Of a DNA stretch of 64,000 nucleotides, positions 37,656 to 48,353 are shown one piece after another. Each line of letters starts with the position of its first letter. The stretch's first letter is position 1. Made by a program: the position numbers and the translations under genes. The notes beneath the pieces are model-generated. The model was given only the letters and a program-made list of their open reading frames with translations, made no database searches and was not told the origin of the DNA. Source of the stretch: an uncultured Gammaproteobacteria bacterium (lineage in GTDB: Bacteria > Pseudomonadota > Gammaproteobacteria > Xanthomonadales > SZUA-36); assembly GCA_963704855.1 (NCBI GenBank), contig CAVPHY010000017.1, positions 123,292 to 187,291 of the forward strand, written 5' to 3'.

Positions 37656-38816
37656 CTATTCAAGCCATTCGCGCAACTGCGCGTATACTTCCCCACGCCC
37701 CAGCATATCGATATGACCGGTTTCAAACCCGAGCCACTGGCGGTCTTCAGGAAACTGTAATTTACGTGTCAAATCCTGGTTGCGGCCGAGCGCGCTGTCG
37801 ACCGGTACAAGGCCGTCTCCGATCAGGCGCTCATGAATACGGGTCGGCTTTTTAGCCAGTGTTGCGGCCATCGCGTAACATTTAACGCTGTCAGGAAGCG
37901 GCACAAATTCCCGGTCTATATCGGTAATGGTGCCGTGCCTCAGATCGGCAATACCTGCACTGCGTTTTTTCCCAAGCCTTGTAAACGGTGCGGAATAGGG
38001 GCTCAGGTCCATCGCATAATCAAGCCAGTTTCCCCCACGCTCGAGCGGCGCACCGTGATGCGGGGAGCCGAGGCAAAACAGCTTATTGAGATACGCCATC
38101 CAGCCGTGCCCCGCCTGGCTACCATGGTGAATCGCACTTCTCGCAACCAGGCCACCCATACTGTGGCCGACAATCGCAAGTTCACTGATCGGACAGGGCC
38201 AGGTGTGCTGCAGGGTTTCCAGCATCGAGGCTAGTTCGCGGCCGTTTGCCGCGATCGGCAAACCGGTGTTGTAGCGCAGGTAAAGCGGCGTGTATCCCAG
38301 GTCGGTGGCGAGTGCTTCGCCGTGGTTGATACCGTCACGGGTCCAGTGTCCATCATTGAGACACAGGCCATGCACGAACAACAGTACTTTGCCGCTGGCA
38401 CCGGTAAGCGCTTCCGGTTGCTCCGGATTCAGCTGTTTACCCTGGTAGCGAAAACACATTTTGACTGCGAGCGGATTATCCGTTTCCAGCAGGTGATCTC
38501 CATACGCGCCGTTGATCACCGCGACGAAAGAATCGCGGGTGGCGTTAGAAGCCTCCTCCGGCAGCATTGCCATGACCGGGGCCATGCCTGCATCGAGCCC
38601 ACGGCCGACCAAACGGGTTGTGCCACGTACGCTGCGGTAGACGAAACCGGTGATGCCGCTCGTAGTGCCGGCCCGTGATGCACCCACGGGTGATTGCCTG
38701 AGCTGGATGGTGTGATGCAGCTTTTCGACCACATCGGTTACACCGACAGTCGCATCCACGGCCAGGCGCACCATGCCGCGAATATCGGAGAGCGACCCCC
38801 GGTTAATCAGGCCCAT
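37656..38816 (-). CDS. Alpha/beta-hydrolase (lipase/esterase-like); no obvious signal peptide
   Basis: Nucleophile elbow IVGHSMGGLVA. LFVHGLC.. oxyanion region. 386 aa. Confidence 0.75.
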   Translation of the reverse strand: MGLINRGSLSDIRGMVRLAVDATVGVTDVVEKLHHTIQLRQSPVGASRAGTTSGITGFVYRSVRGTTRLVGRGLDAGMAPVMAMLPEEASNATRDSFVAVINGAYGDHLLETDNPLAVKMCFRYQGKQLNPEQPEALTGASGKVLLFVHGLCLNDGHWTRDGINHGEALATDLGYTPLYLRYNTGLPIAANGRELASMLETLQHTWPCPISELAIVGHSMGGLVARSAIHHGSQAGHGWMAYLNKLFCLGSPHHGAPLERGGNWLDYAMDLSPYSAPFTRLGKKRSAGIADLRHGTITDIDREFVPLPDSVKCYAMAATLAKKPTRIHERLIGDGLVPVDSALGRNQDLTRKLQFPEDRQWLGFETGHIDMLGRGEVYAQLREWLE

Positions 38817-38825
38817 GTGCTTGTT

Positions 38826-41336
38826 TCAACCTTCCGTAATATCGACCGTGTCGACCACGGTTTCCCGGTTACGCATCATCAGCCAGCGCACCAGCGCAGG
38901 CAGAAGAACGATGGCACCCACCATGTTGGCCAGGAAGATGAACGACAGGAGAATACCCATATCCGCTTGCAGTTGCAGGCTTGAGAACGCCCAGGTACCG
39001 ACACCGGCGCCCAATGTCAGGCCGGTAAAAATTACCGCCTTACCCGTGAGCCTGAGTGTTCTGTAATAGGCATCGCGTAATGGGTAACCGGCCTTTAAAA
39101 GTATATCCAGGCGGTTATAAATATAGATGCCGTAGTCCACACCGATACCAACGCCCAGCGCGACCACCGGCAGCGTATTGACCTTCAACCCGATGCCATA
39201 CACAGCCATCAGGGCTTCTGCCAGGGTTGAAACAACCACCAGTGGCAGAACGATACACAGGGTTCCAAGGAACGACCGGTAGGTGACCATGCAAAGAACA
39301 ATTATGGAGGCAAACACCAGTGCCAGCATGGGCTTTTCAGCTGCTGCGATATCTTCATTGGTCGCTGCCATCACACCCACATTGCCGGTGGCGAGGCGGA
39401 AACGCAGCTTTTCAGGCGTGACTTCGTCTTCGCTTGCCAGGTCTTCCAGAGTTTCGTTCTCCAGCCTTAATGTGAGGTCTTCCACATCCAGTTCCTCGCG
39501 CAGCTCTTTCACGCGTTGCACGATACGGGCGATGGTTTCAGCCTTGTGATCGGTCGTAAACACCATGATCGGCATGGCGCTGCAGTCCACGTTCAGCAGA
39601 CCGGTGGCCGTGTCGATACCACTCAGGGCCTGGCGCAGTACATAATTATCCCTGGGCAGGATACGCCACTTGATATTGCCTTCGTTCCAGCCCGAGTTGA
39701 CCACCTTGGCCACCATCGGCAAGGTGATTACCTTTTGCACACCCTCTACATTGGCCAGGTTCCAGGCAAAGCGGTCCATGGTCTCCATGACCTGGTAATT
39801 TTCTGTGCAGGCATTGGCATTGGTTTCCGCCACGACAGTCAGCACATCCACGCCGAGCGAGAACCGATCGGAGATCAACATTGCATCGCGGTTATAACGT
39901 GCTTCCGGACGAAGCTCCGGCACACCGACCTCAGAATCACCGATTTTCATATCCAGGGCCAGCCAGAACCCTACGACGAAAAGCCCAATGGATACGGCGA
40001 TCGCCCAGGCGGCGCGTTTGGGCTCGGTGAAATCGGCCAGGAAATCAAAGAACGGAGATTTCTTGGCAGCGTTGCGCATCATGCGGGTGCGATACCTGTC
40101 CGGGTTCTTTAACTTTACCCAGGACAATAGAACAGGCAACAGAAGCAGATTGGTCAGGATGATAACCGCGACACCGATACTGGCGGTGATCGCAAGCTCC
40201 TGGATAATGCGGATACTAATAAACAGGATGGTCAGGAACCCGATGGTGTCGGAAACCAGCGCAATGACACCAGGCGCCAACAGCTTCTTGATCGTCTCGC
40301 GTGAACCATGCATCGGAGAACGCCGCGGAACATCTTCAAGGGTTTTAACCCCGCGCGCCAACCAGTAATCCGGGGTATGGCCGCCAAATTCTTTCTCCAC
40401 CCGCCAGGCACTGATCTTCTGCACACCATGGCTGACGCCGATCGCAAAAATCAGGAACGGGGTCAGTATGTTCATCGGATCAAGGCTATAGCCCAACAGG
40501 CTGAGCGTCCCCATTTGCCAGATGACAGCAACCAGTGAACAGGTCAGCGGCAGCACCGTTAACCAGACTGATCTCGAATAGATGTATAACAATATGGCAG
40601 TGATCACCAGGGCGATCAGGAAGAACCAGACAACCGAACGGGCGCCATCCGAGATATCGCCAACGATCTTGGCAAAGCCGATGATGTGCACCGTGAAATC
40701 ATCACCCTCAAACTTGGTACGTATCGCCTCGAGTTGTGAAGCAACTTCGCGGTAGTCCAGTTTTTCCCCGGTCTGCGGGTTCTCCTCGAGCAGGTTGGCC
40801 CACACCATGGCGCCGGAAAAATCTGCGGAAACCAGGCGGCCCACCTCACCGGATTTGACAATATTTGAGCGTACCTGCTCAAACATTTCCTCCGAGGGCG
40901 CGTAATCCGATGGGATGACGTTGCCGCCGGCAAAGCCATCTTCCACGATTTCGACAAAGCGGACGTTGGGTGTAAATATCGAGCGCACACTGGCACGGTC
41001 GACACCCGGAATAAAGAATACCTGGTCGGTAATGGTTTCGAAGGCTTCGAAGAACTCCGGTGTGAACATGTTGCCATCGCGCGCCACCAGGGCCACCAGA
41101 ACGCGGTTGGCTCCGCCAAACTCCTTTTCGTACTGCAGGAAGGTTTGCATGTACTCGTGTTTGAGCGGCAACTGTTTTTTAAACCCGGTTTCGATTCGCA
41201 GGTTTGACATCGCGAACATCATGCCGATGGTGATAATAAAGAAAAGACCGACGATACCGTAGCGGTTGTTAATCAGGAAGGTGGCAATCTTGTGAAGACG
41301 GGTGTTATCCGGATCGTTCAGCATCGGATCATTCAT
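38826..41336 (-). CDS. RND superfamily transporter of the MMPL / HpnN-like type
   Basis: 836 aa. Two 6-TM bundles, each preceded by a large periplasmic loop. Its start overlaps the stop of the upstream BNR gene by 8 nt. Confidence 0.8.
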   Translation of the reverse strand: MNDPMLNDPDNTRLHKIATFLINNRYGIVGLFFIITIGMMFAMSNLRIETGFKKQLPLKHEYMQTFLQYEKEFGGANRVLVALVARDGNMFTPEFFEAFETITDQVFFIPGVDRASVRSIFTPNVRFVEIVEDGFAGGNVIPSDYAPSEEMFEQVRSNIVKSGEVGRLVSADFSGAMVWANLLEENPQTGEKLDYREVASQLEAIRTKFEGDDFTVHIIGFAKIVGDISDGARSVVWFFLIALVITAILLYIYSRSVWLTVLPLTCSLVAVIWQMGTLSLLGYSLDPMNILTPFLIFAIGVSHGVQKISAWRVEKEFGGHTPDYWLARGVKTLEDVPRRSPMHGSRETIKKLLAPGVIALVSDTIGFLTILFISIRIIQELAITASIGVAVIILTNLLLLPVLLSWVKLKNPDRYRTRMMRNAAKKSPFFDFLADFTEPKRAAWAIAVSIGLFVVGFWLALDMKIGDSEVGVPELRPEARYNRDAMLISDRFSLGVDVLTVVAETNANACTENYQVMETMDRFAWNLANVEGVQKVITLPMVAKVVNSGWNEGNIKWRILPRDNYVLRQALSGIDTATGLLNVDCSAMPIMVFTTDHKAETIARIVQRVKELREELDVEDLTLRLENETLEDLASEDEVTPEKLRFRLATGNVGVMAATNEDIAAAEKPMLALVFASIIVLCMVTYRSFLGTLCIVLPLVVVSTLAEALMAVYGIGLKVNTLPVVALGVGIGVDYGIYIYNRLDILLKAGYPLRDAYYRTLRLTGKAVIFTGLTLGAGVGTWAFSSLQLQADMGILLSFIFLANMVGAIVLLPALVRWLMMRNRETVVDTVDITEG

Positions 41337-42306
41337 CGCCGTCTCCTTGTCCGACTAATTCAGGGTAGCGGTGCACACCATCCTCTCCCACCAGCAGAAA
41401 ATTACCGTCTCCAAGCGATATTACAGACGCAAAATCCACCCCGCTGGAGTGGTGATAAACACGGAAGCCGCTGGAATCATCCCTGACCAGGAGAATTCCA
41501 CTATTGGCGCCCAGCAGGACAAGGTCTTCATATTCTGCGGCGCCCGAAATACTGGATTCCGAACCGGTTTCAATCTCGTTCCAGCTTGAACCAAAATCGC
41601 AACTCTCGATAACGTGGCCGCGAAGACCGTAGAACAGTACACACTCCTCATTTGTTTTCAACGCACCCCACATCGAACCCAGGTAAGGTAAATCGATGCC
41701 TTCCCATGTTTCGCCGTTATCAAAACTCCGGTAGGAAAGCCCGGCCTCGCCGGCTATCAGCCATCGGCCATCACCGAAATACAGCAGGCTGTTGAGATGG
41801 TAGTCGCTCTCCTCGTCAACCGTGTTTTCGTCCCAGGTTTTGCCACCGTCGCTGGTATAAAGGAACAAACCATAAGAACCAACTGCCACGCCGTTGCTCT
41901 CATCGGTAAAGTAGATATCCATCACGGCCTGGTTACGCTCAGGTTCAAAATGCAGTCGGGTCCAGTTTCTGCCCTTATCCGCACTGGTGATAATGACCGC
42001 ATCATGCCCGCCGGCCCAAACCCGGTCACCGATACTGAAAACCGTGGTCAGTGTTGAACGGGTGGGTACATGCTCGGCCTGGGTCCAGGTTTCGCCATCG
42101 GCAGAGGTCACAACATGTCCACGCTCACCGACCGCCACGAGGTTTTTTCCGGAACGGGTAACATCGAGCAACATGGATTTTGTAGCCAGCGGCATTTGTT
42201 CCGCATACTCAACATCGAAGTGGTGATCCGCCTGGACAGACGTAACCAGCCATGCTGCAACAAGGAAAGTACAAAAGATCGAAAGAAGTCTGTTTGATCG
42301 GGTCAT
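41329..42306 (-). CDS. BNR/Asp-box repeat beta-propeller protein (YCF48 / PSII-assembly-factor-like); secreted
   Basis: Signal peptide. Repeated SxDxGxxW boxes: SADGETWTQ, SADKGRNWTR, TSDGGKTWDE, SFDNGETWEG, SCDFGSSWNE. Confidence 0.8.
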   Translation of the reverse strand: MTRSNRLLSIFCTFLVAAWLVTSVQADHHFDVEYAEQMPLATKSMLLDVTRSGKNLVAVGERGHVVTSADGETWTQAEHVPTRSTLTTVFSIGDRVWAGGHDAVIITSADKGRNWTRLHFEPERNQAVMDIYFTDESNGVAVGSYGLFLYTSDGGKTWDENTVDEESDYHLNSLLYFGDGRWLIAGEAGLSYRSFDNGETWEGIDLPYLGSMWGALKTNEECVLFYGLRGHVIESCDFGSSWNEIETGSESSISGAAEYEDLVLLGANSGILLVRDDSSGFRVYHHSSGVDFASVISLGDGNFLLVGEDGVHRYPELVGQGDGDE

Positions 42307-42366
42307 CAGATGATTATGTTACCTGCCAAATGAAAAGGCCAGCGATCGCTGGCCTTTTCAAATCAC

Positions 42367-43731
42367 TTAACGATGACCACGGGTGCGCAGCGCCTGCGGG
42401 GTGAACTGTGTCGGTTGTAGCTCGACATTGAACGTATTGACCGCAGAGGTGTTATCAAAACCCTGTGCCACATACCTGCCGGACTGGAGGTCGTAATGGG
42501 TTTCGATGGTGGACCAGGTGGTCGGTACATCGTAATAGTTGATCGAATGGCATTCGGAGGCACGCCACAATTGCTCGCGGCCGTCGTAATGGTCGATCAG
42601 CACGATCTGGTAGCTGTCTTCATCCAGGTAGAAGGTGCGTCTTGCATTGATATGCCGCATACCATCTTTGAGCCTGGCATCGATCACCCAGACACGATGC
42701 AATTCATAACGCATCAGCTCCGGATTCAGGTGGCCCGGACGAACAAACTGCTCGTAGGTTACGCCTTCGGCGTGTGCCCCATAGGAATTGTAGGGAATGT
42801 ACATTTCCTTCTTGCCAACCACCGTCCAGTCAAAGCGGTCCATGGCGCCGTTGAACATGTCGGTCATGTCATTGGTGCGCAAACCGTCAGACGCGGTACC
42901 TGGATTGTCATAGGCGACGTTAGGTGCACGCCGTACCCTGCGTTGACCTGGATTGTATATCCAGGCCTGGCGGGGTGTTACCTGCTGGTTGAGGGTTTCA
43001 TGCACCAGCAGGATGTTACCTGCCAGACGTGCGGGTGATTCCACTTCCTGGAAGAAATACAGCAGGATGTTGTCGATCTCTTCGATGGTGACACCGCGTT
43101 TGTAGTACAGGCCCAGCAGTTCTTCACGGATTACGGTCACCGAGAAATCACCGCCAGCGGTAGGTGCAATCTGCGTGTTGTAGCGAACCCCGCCGGTACC
43201 CTTGTACTTGAGCTTGTGATTCCACATCAGTTCATAGGCGTTCTCCGGGAATGGGAACGGGAAGCCTTCCGCGGCATCCAGTACACCCTCACCATTTTCA
43301 CCAAGCCTTGCAGTTTCGGCATTCTTGGCGGTCATCTCATAGATATGTTCCGGGAACGACGCGCTACGCCGGCTCGGATAAACATCCATGTAATAGGTAT
43401 CGGGGTATTTTGCAAAAGTGGATTTTTGGCCGACGCTCAGCTGATCGCCATATTCCTGGTAGTTTGCACCGGTGATACGGAACAACGGTTGGTCATCCTT
43501 GAATGGATCCTGGTGATGATCACCCGGCTTGTACTCCGCTGGCGGGGATGTAATACCGCCCGTCCACGCGGGGATCGTGCCCGCCGCGTTGCCGGCCCGT
43601 TCGGAACCCATCGGGGTCAGCTCCTCGCTCAGGCGATGAACCTGGTCAGGTTTGGCTCCTGCAACTGCCTGTCCAATTCCAATGGCCAGACCAATGCAGA
43701 TTGAAAGTGTATATTTTGTAAAAGTTCGCAT
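42367..43731 (-). CDS. DUF1329 family (LolA-like fold) periplasmic/outer-membrane-associated protein
   Basis: Signal peptide. ELTPMGSERAGNAAGTIPAWTGG.. N-terminal signature typical of DUF1329. 454 aa. Confidence 0.8.
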   Translation of the reverse strand: MRTFTKYTLSICIGLAIGIGQAVAGAKPDQVHRLSEELTPMGSERAGNAAGTIPAWTGGITSPPAEYKPGDHHQDPFKDDQPLFRITGANYQEYGDQLSVGQKSTFAKYPDTYYMDVYPSRRSASFPEHIYEMTAKNAETARLGENGEGVLDAAEGFPFPFPENAYELMWNHKLKYKGTGGVRYNTQIAPTAGGDFSVTVIREELLGLYYKRGVTIEEIDNILLYFFQEVESPARLAGNILLVHETLNQQVTPRQAWIYNPGQRRVRRAPNVAYDNPGTASDGLRTNDMTDMFNGAMDRFDWTVVGKKEMYIPYNSYGAHAEGVTYEQFVRPGHLNPELMRYELHRVWVIDARLKDGMRHINARRTFYLDEDSYQIVLIDHYDGREQLWRASECHSINYYDVPTTWSTIETHYDLQSGRYVAQGFDNTSAVNTFNVELQPTQFTPQALRTRGHR

Positions 43732-43746
43732 AAGTTTCTCCGGCGA

Positions 43747-45673
43747 TCAGAATGAGTAACGGACACTGGCGGAAAAGAAATCCCGGTCCTGAACCAGGTT
43801 GTATATACCACCGCCCATGTAACTGGTGTAGGAAAGGTCAAAAATCCACTCGTTCAGGTAATTGAACTCCACGCCCAGTGTGAGTGCTTTAGTGCCATCG
43901 ATGAAAGAACCACCGGGGCCGGGTGTTGTACCACTGACATCCTGAGCCCAGGCAATTCTCGGCGAGACGGTCGTAGGTCCTAGTGCATCGTTGTAATCAG
44001 CCTTCACCAGCAGTCGGTAGCCCCAGCTGAAAGCATCCGCGAAAGCACCCGCAGGCTCGGTGATGGGGTTGCGTAAATCACCGGTCAGGTAATCATAACC
44101 GCCACCGGTATCGGTGCCCGGACCGTTAATTCTCAGGTCATCCTTATCCGGCATATCAGATACGTAATTCATACCAACCTCGGCAACAAACGCTATCTGG
44201 TTCGCCTTGAGGAAATTACCCGGACCAAACAGTTTTGTCGTCGTGAGTCTGACCCTGCCAGGAATTGTATTCGTCATAGCCCGTGATCAACTCACCCGCC
44301 TCAAAATCACCCAGCTGGCTGTGGAACTCGAGCGCGTGGGACGGCATCAGGACATTCAGCGGTGTCAGGGCAGCAAACAACAGCTCAATGTCATCAAGCT
44401 GCAATGGCAAATTTGGACGATAGCTGACTTCACCCGACAATGACCAGGTACCAATATTCGAGTTAAAACTGGCACCCCAAAGATGAATATCTTCCGGATA
44501 TTCGGTGAAGTAACGAGCGGTAGTGGCTCCACTACCTGTTACGGCCAAACCACTGTTCAAAGGCAAACGACTATGGTAGTTAAGGTAATAAAAACCAAAT
44601 TCCGTGCCATTCAGCTGCTCAGCAAAATAGCGTAAAGCTAAACCCCATTGACCACTGTCACTGGGATCAATGGTATCTGTCCGTGGGACCGCGGCACTAC
44701 AACCGGCAGCGACCAGCGAGGGCGGTAATTGCGAGTCGGATTGATCATAGTTGCCCTGCATACAGACCGTGTCAAACAGATCAGGGTTGATCACCGGTTG
44801 GTCCGGGGCACCGAAACCCAACATGACATACTTACCACCCGGTGTACCAAAGTCATTGGTGGAAAAATAGGCGCCGTCAGGATCAGGAATAATTTCCCGG
44901 TATTCGAACATATAGAGCGCTTCCAGCGACAGGCTTGGTGTCAGGTCAATCGAGCCCGTAATCATATTGACCCCTTCAAAAGCCTCTTTTAGCTCGGCAC
45001 CCGCTACCCTGAGCCTGGATACATCCACGGGATTGATCACATTGATACCACCCTGAATAAAGGTGGATTCACCCCAACTGACCACCTGGCGACCCAAGCG
45101 CCAGTTCAGGAAACGGTCACCAATCTCGTTTTCACCCCAAATATACAAATCAAGTAATCGAATATCCTTACCTACACGCTCGATAGCGTCTTCGGAGAGA
45201 AAATCCTTGTTGTGATTCTCGAAATCGTAGAACCCCATAAAACGGGTGAAAGCGCCATAATTCTTATAGCGCACATCAAGCTCCGATGTGAACTTGATGG
45301 TATTGGCAACCAGGTCACCGCTATTCGGGTAGTTTCGATTGCCGTCATCCGTGTTAACTGACCAACGACCCGGCGCCAGGCGTTTCGTGGCGTTGTCTGC
45401 CGCCACTATGAGCGGGTTGAGATAAGCCTTACCGACATAATCCTCATCCAGATCGCCGGCCCGCCAGATCGCCCCATAACTTATCGTTGTATCGAAGCTT
45501 CCGGACCATTCACCTTCTGAAAATTCGATGGCGTTGGCACTGGTGGCGCTCAAAGCCAATAATGAGACGGCGAGCGCTCCAGGGAGGAGTTTCCGTTTCC
45601 AGCGTTTATCTGCCGTTTGAGCGGAAACTGGTGCATGTGTATTCAAGAGCCGTGTTGCTGTTGTCATTTTCAT
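43747..45673 (-). pseudogene. DUF1302 family predicted outer-membrane beta-barrel, split into two overlapping frames by a +1 frameshift
   Basis: ORF 44216..45673 (485 aa, signal peptide, ..SFDTTISYGAIWR..) and ORF 43747..44277 (176 aa, ends ..SASVRYSF) overlap by 62 nt in different frames. Together they total ~640-660 aa, the usual DUF1302 length. Confidence 0.7.
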
Positions 45674-45683
45674 CTCCCACTCC

Positions 45684-48020
45684 TTACTCTAACCTGTCCG
45701 GTTGGTCATAATTCTTGACCTGCTCAAGCCTGCTTACCGATCCTCTTCTTGTCACGGGTGCGGGTTTGCCCTTGTATTTTGAAGATTGTGAAGCCTTCTT
45801 TTCGGTCAGGTCGACGACCGCCTGGGGCACCACCGGCACCACCGGTACCATGGTGTCCGGGTTACTGACAACGACCGCACCACCGAATGAGCCGATGAAG
45901 GTTGCCGCTTGCCCCTGCATTTCAAAAAATGCGGCCGGGGACGTTGACGGGTCTAACCATGAACCATGTGATGCGGGTGGTATAAACCGGCCCGCCGCGC
46001 GTAACCCCTCGGCACTCTGCTGTGTGCTGCTGTAGGCCTTGAGCCCCATGATCTTGATCAATGGTTCCGTACCTGCCAGCGGTGAAGTGGCCACGAAATT
46101 GGGTATCACCTGGTCGTTGATAACCTCGTGCAACAGGATCGGTGTATTCGTCGCAGCTGCCGCAGCCCAGTTGATCGGATCAGCTGAATCGAGGACGGTC
46201 TGCCAAACGAGGAAGAAAGACTCGTAATCCGCTGTTCCTGGATAGACACCCTTGCTGGCAAGACCTGCACGAATAATTGGTCCGAAACTGGCTGAAGCTT
46301 CCGCAAAACGCGCGATGCCGCCGCCAGGTACCGAAAGGAATGAACGTGTCACGAGCGGCTCAATGGCGGTGAAGACCGTACCATGTATACCGCCCCATGA
46401 CTGGCCGGCGTATGCAATATTGGTGGCGTCGGTATCCGGTGACTGGTCACCATCAAAATCCATCGATGCGATCGAAACCGCCAGTACCGACAAATCGGTT
46501 TCACCCTGCCGGATAAGATCACGCCCGACCAGCATGTTGGAGAGACCTGCAGAGACCGCGTGCGAACCCGAGGCATCAATCAGGCCATCCGGCCCGGGTG
46601 CACCGGTTGCGTTATTAATGTAGTCCACGTCAAAAGTACGTTCGTTGGCAATGGGTCCAAAAGGCGTATTCTCTACCCACAGGGACGCATACTGAGGTGT
46701 TGCATCCGGGCTGATGCCATGCATCGGAAAGTCCATGGCGATTACCGCGTAGCCCGCTGCAGCGAAACCATCGGCAGCGCCCAGTACATCCAGGCGGCTG
46801 CGCGTTATACCATGACCGAATATCACGACCGGCCAGCCATTGGCCGGTTTGGCCGTTCTCGGTATCGTTATCAGCAACGGCACAGTTTGCATACCCGTCA
46901 GGACCGGTAGCGGATTCGCGATCGTAATGTTGGTCGAGGTTGGGTCCAGACCAAACTGATCAAAAGGCGGCACATACGCACCGGGGGCCGCTTTCCAGAA
47001 TGTGTTCAGCGGTGCGACGGGGTTTTGGGCGGAAGGTATACCCGCGTAGTAAGGTATCGTGATGATGCCCATATATATATCGGCCGCGCCAGGTGAACCT
47101 GGCACCAGGTCGCTGGTGTTATAACCCGTCGGTGCGATGGTTGTCGGCGCCGGCTGGGCAAAGGCACGCAGTGTTTTCAGGGTACGTGTAACGGATTGTG
47201 TCTGCGCAGTCCAGGCGAGAACGATATCGGCTGGGTTGATACCGACCGAGGCCGCGTTCAGCTCCATGCTCCGTATAACCTGCCTGATCAATTCAAGCCG
47301 TGCTGCATCTGAATTACTGAAAAGGGAATTGGTGCTATTGCCGTTTGCATCCACCCAGGGAACCGAGGTTTTGCCTAAGTAGTAGGTTCTGTCCGGTGTC
47401 GCATCATTGCCGGCGGTATCACGAATGTCATTGGTCAATACCGCCATGTAGGAGGTAAATTCCTTAAGCGGTTTCAACGGTAAAATCGCGACCTGGCTGG
47501 CCGAGGCCGGAACGGCCACGTAATCCACCCCGGGGGTCAACTCCCTGACGATGCTGGTCACAAAAAGATACTGCGACATGGTGACTTCAAACATCCTGAC
47601 GGATTGACCGGTTTTAACCGTCGCCGGATTGATCGAGCCTGGTACCGCGTTGGTATAAGCACCGGTGTCGTTATTGGCAAAACTGGCGATCCACTTTTCC
47701 GTTGTGCTGTATCCATCCAGTGCATTGAGCGCCACCCTCGGGTTCGAATAATCGTTGGGGTCTGGCACCGGGGTATTCAGTGTCAAATCAGCAGGACCCA
47801 TCAGGTTGCCGGCCGAGTCAAGTGCGAAAAACCCAAGGTTGGAAGGAAATGGCGCTGCCACCGCAACACCAGGTTGAGGAAACGGATTAAAGCTGGCCGT
47901 CAGGACACCCGTAATAATACTGCCATCCTTATTCGTTGCAGGTCCGTGATGTGCGTAGACATTGATTGCAGTGAGTGAGAAAAACAGAGAGAGAATTAGA
48001 AGAGCTAAACGCGTTTTCAT
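45684..48020 (-). CDS. Secreted lipase with a bacterial lipase N-terminal domain (VolA-like) plus an alpha/beta-hydrolase domain
   Basis: The true start is probably MKTRLALLILSLFFSLTAINVYA (ATG 48020), not 48206. GHGITRSR.. oxyanion region. GQSWGG nucleophile elbow. Confidence 0.7.
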   Translation of the reverse strand: MKTRLALLILSLFFSLTAINVYAHHGPATNKDGSIITGVLTASFNPFPQPGVAVAAPFPSNLGFFALDSAGNLMGPADLTLNTPVPDPNDYSNPRVALNALDGYSTTEKWIASFANNDTGAYTNAVPGSINPATVKTGQSVRMFEVTMSQYLFVTSIVRELTPGVDYVAVPASASQVAILPLKPLKEFTSYMAVLTNDIRDTAGNDATPDRTYYLGKTSVPWVDANGNSTNSLFSNSDAARLELIRQVIRSMELNAASVGINPADIVLAWTAQTQSVTRTLKTLRAFAQPAPTTIAPTGYNTSDLVPGSPGAADIYMGIITIPYYAGIPSAQNPVAPLNTFWKAAPGAYVPPFDQFGLDPTSTNITIANPLPVLTGMQTVPLLITIPRTAKPANGWPVVIFGHGITRSRLDVLGAADGFAAAGYAVIAMDFPMHGISPDATPQYASLWVENTPFGPIANERTFDVDYINNATGAPGPDGLIDASGSHAVSAGLSNMLVGRDLIRQGETDLSVLAVSIASMDFDGDQSPDTDATNIAYAGQSWGGIHGTVFTAIEPLVTRSFLSVPGGGIARFAEASASFGPIIRAGLASKGVYPGTADYESFFLVWQTVLDSADPINWAAAAATNTPILLHEVINDQVIPNFVATSPLAGTEPLIKIMGLKAYSSTQQSAEGLRAAGRFIPPASHGSWLDPSTSPAAFFEMQGQAATFIGSFGGAVVVSNPDTMVPVVPVVPQAVVDLTEKKASQSSKYKGKPAPVTRRGSVSRLEQVKNYDQPDRLE

Positions 48021-48353
48021 TATCAGTTCCCCATAGTAAGTACAGAGTACAAATCGCTTTCCGAAAATTCGGCAGAAACAATAACCGGCTGCGGGCGAGA
48101 CTGAAATGTATACCTGAATAGAGCCAGGTTCACTTAAATTCAGAGCAGAGTCGAACCCCAAGCACTTGGTTTTCTGATCATCATACGGCACAGTTAACAA
48201 AAACAAAACGTTTCAATCATAGTATTTGATCTAGGTCAATTTGCCAGGCTCAAAATTTTCATGGAACAAGTCGATTCGGAGGAAGCTTTTCTAATGTTTG
48301 GCAATCCGGATCACATGCTTGCTAAACTGCCGCAACCCGCAGGAGGTTAAAAC

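Noticed and set aside
44216-44277. Programmed ribosomal frameshift in DUF1302
   Set aside because: There is no slippery heptamer, homopolymer run or obvious downstream stimulatory structure in the overlap. A mutation or sequencing error is more parsimonious. It is reported as a frameshift finding instead.
48021-48206. 62-aa N-terminal extension of the lipase ORF (MFLLTVPYDD...)
   Set aside because: A canonical signal peptide (MKTRLALLILSLFF..) begins at the internal ATG at 48020. The upstream extension is AT-rich promoter-like DNA with odd composition.
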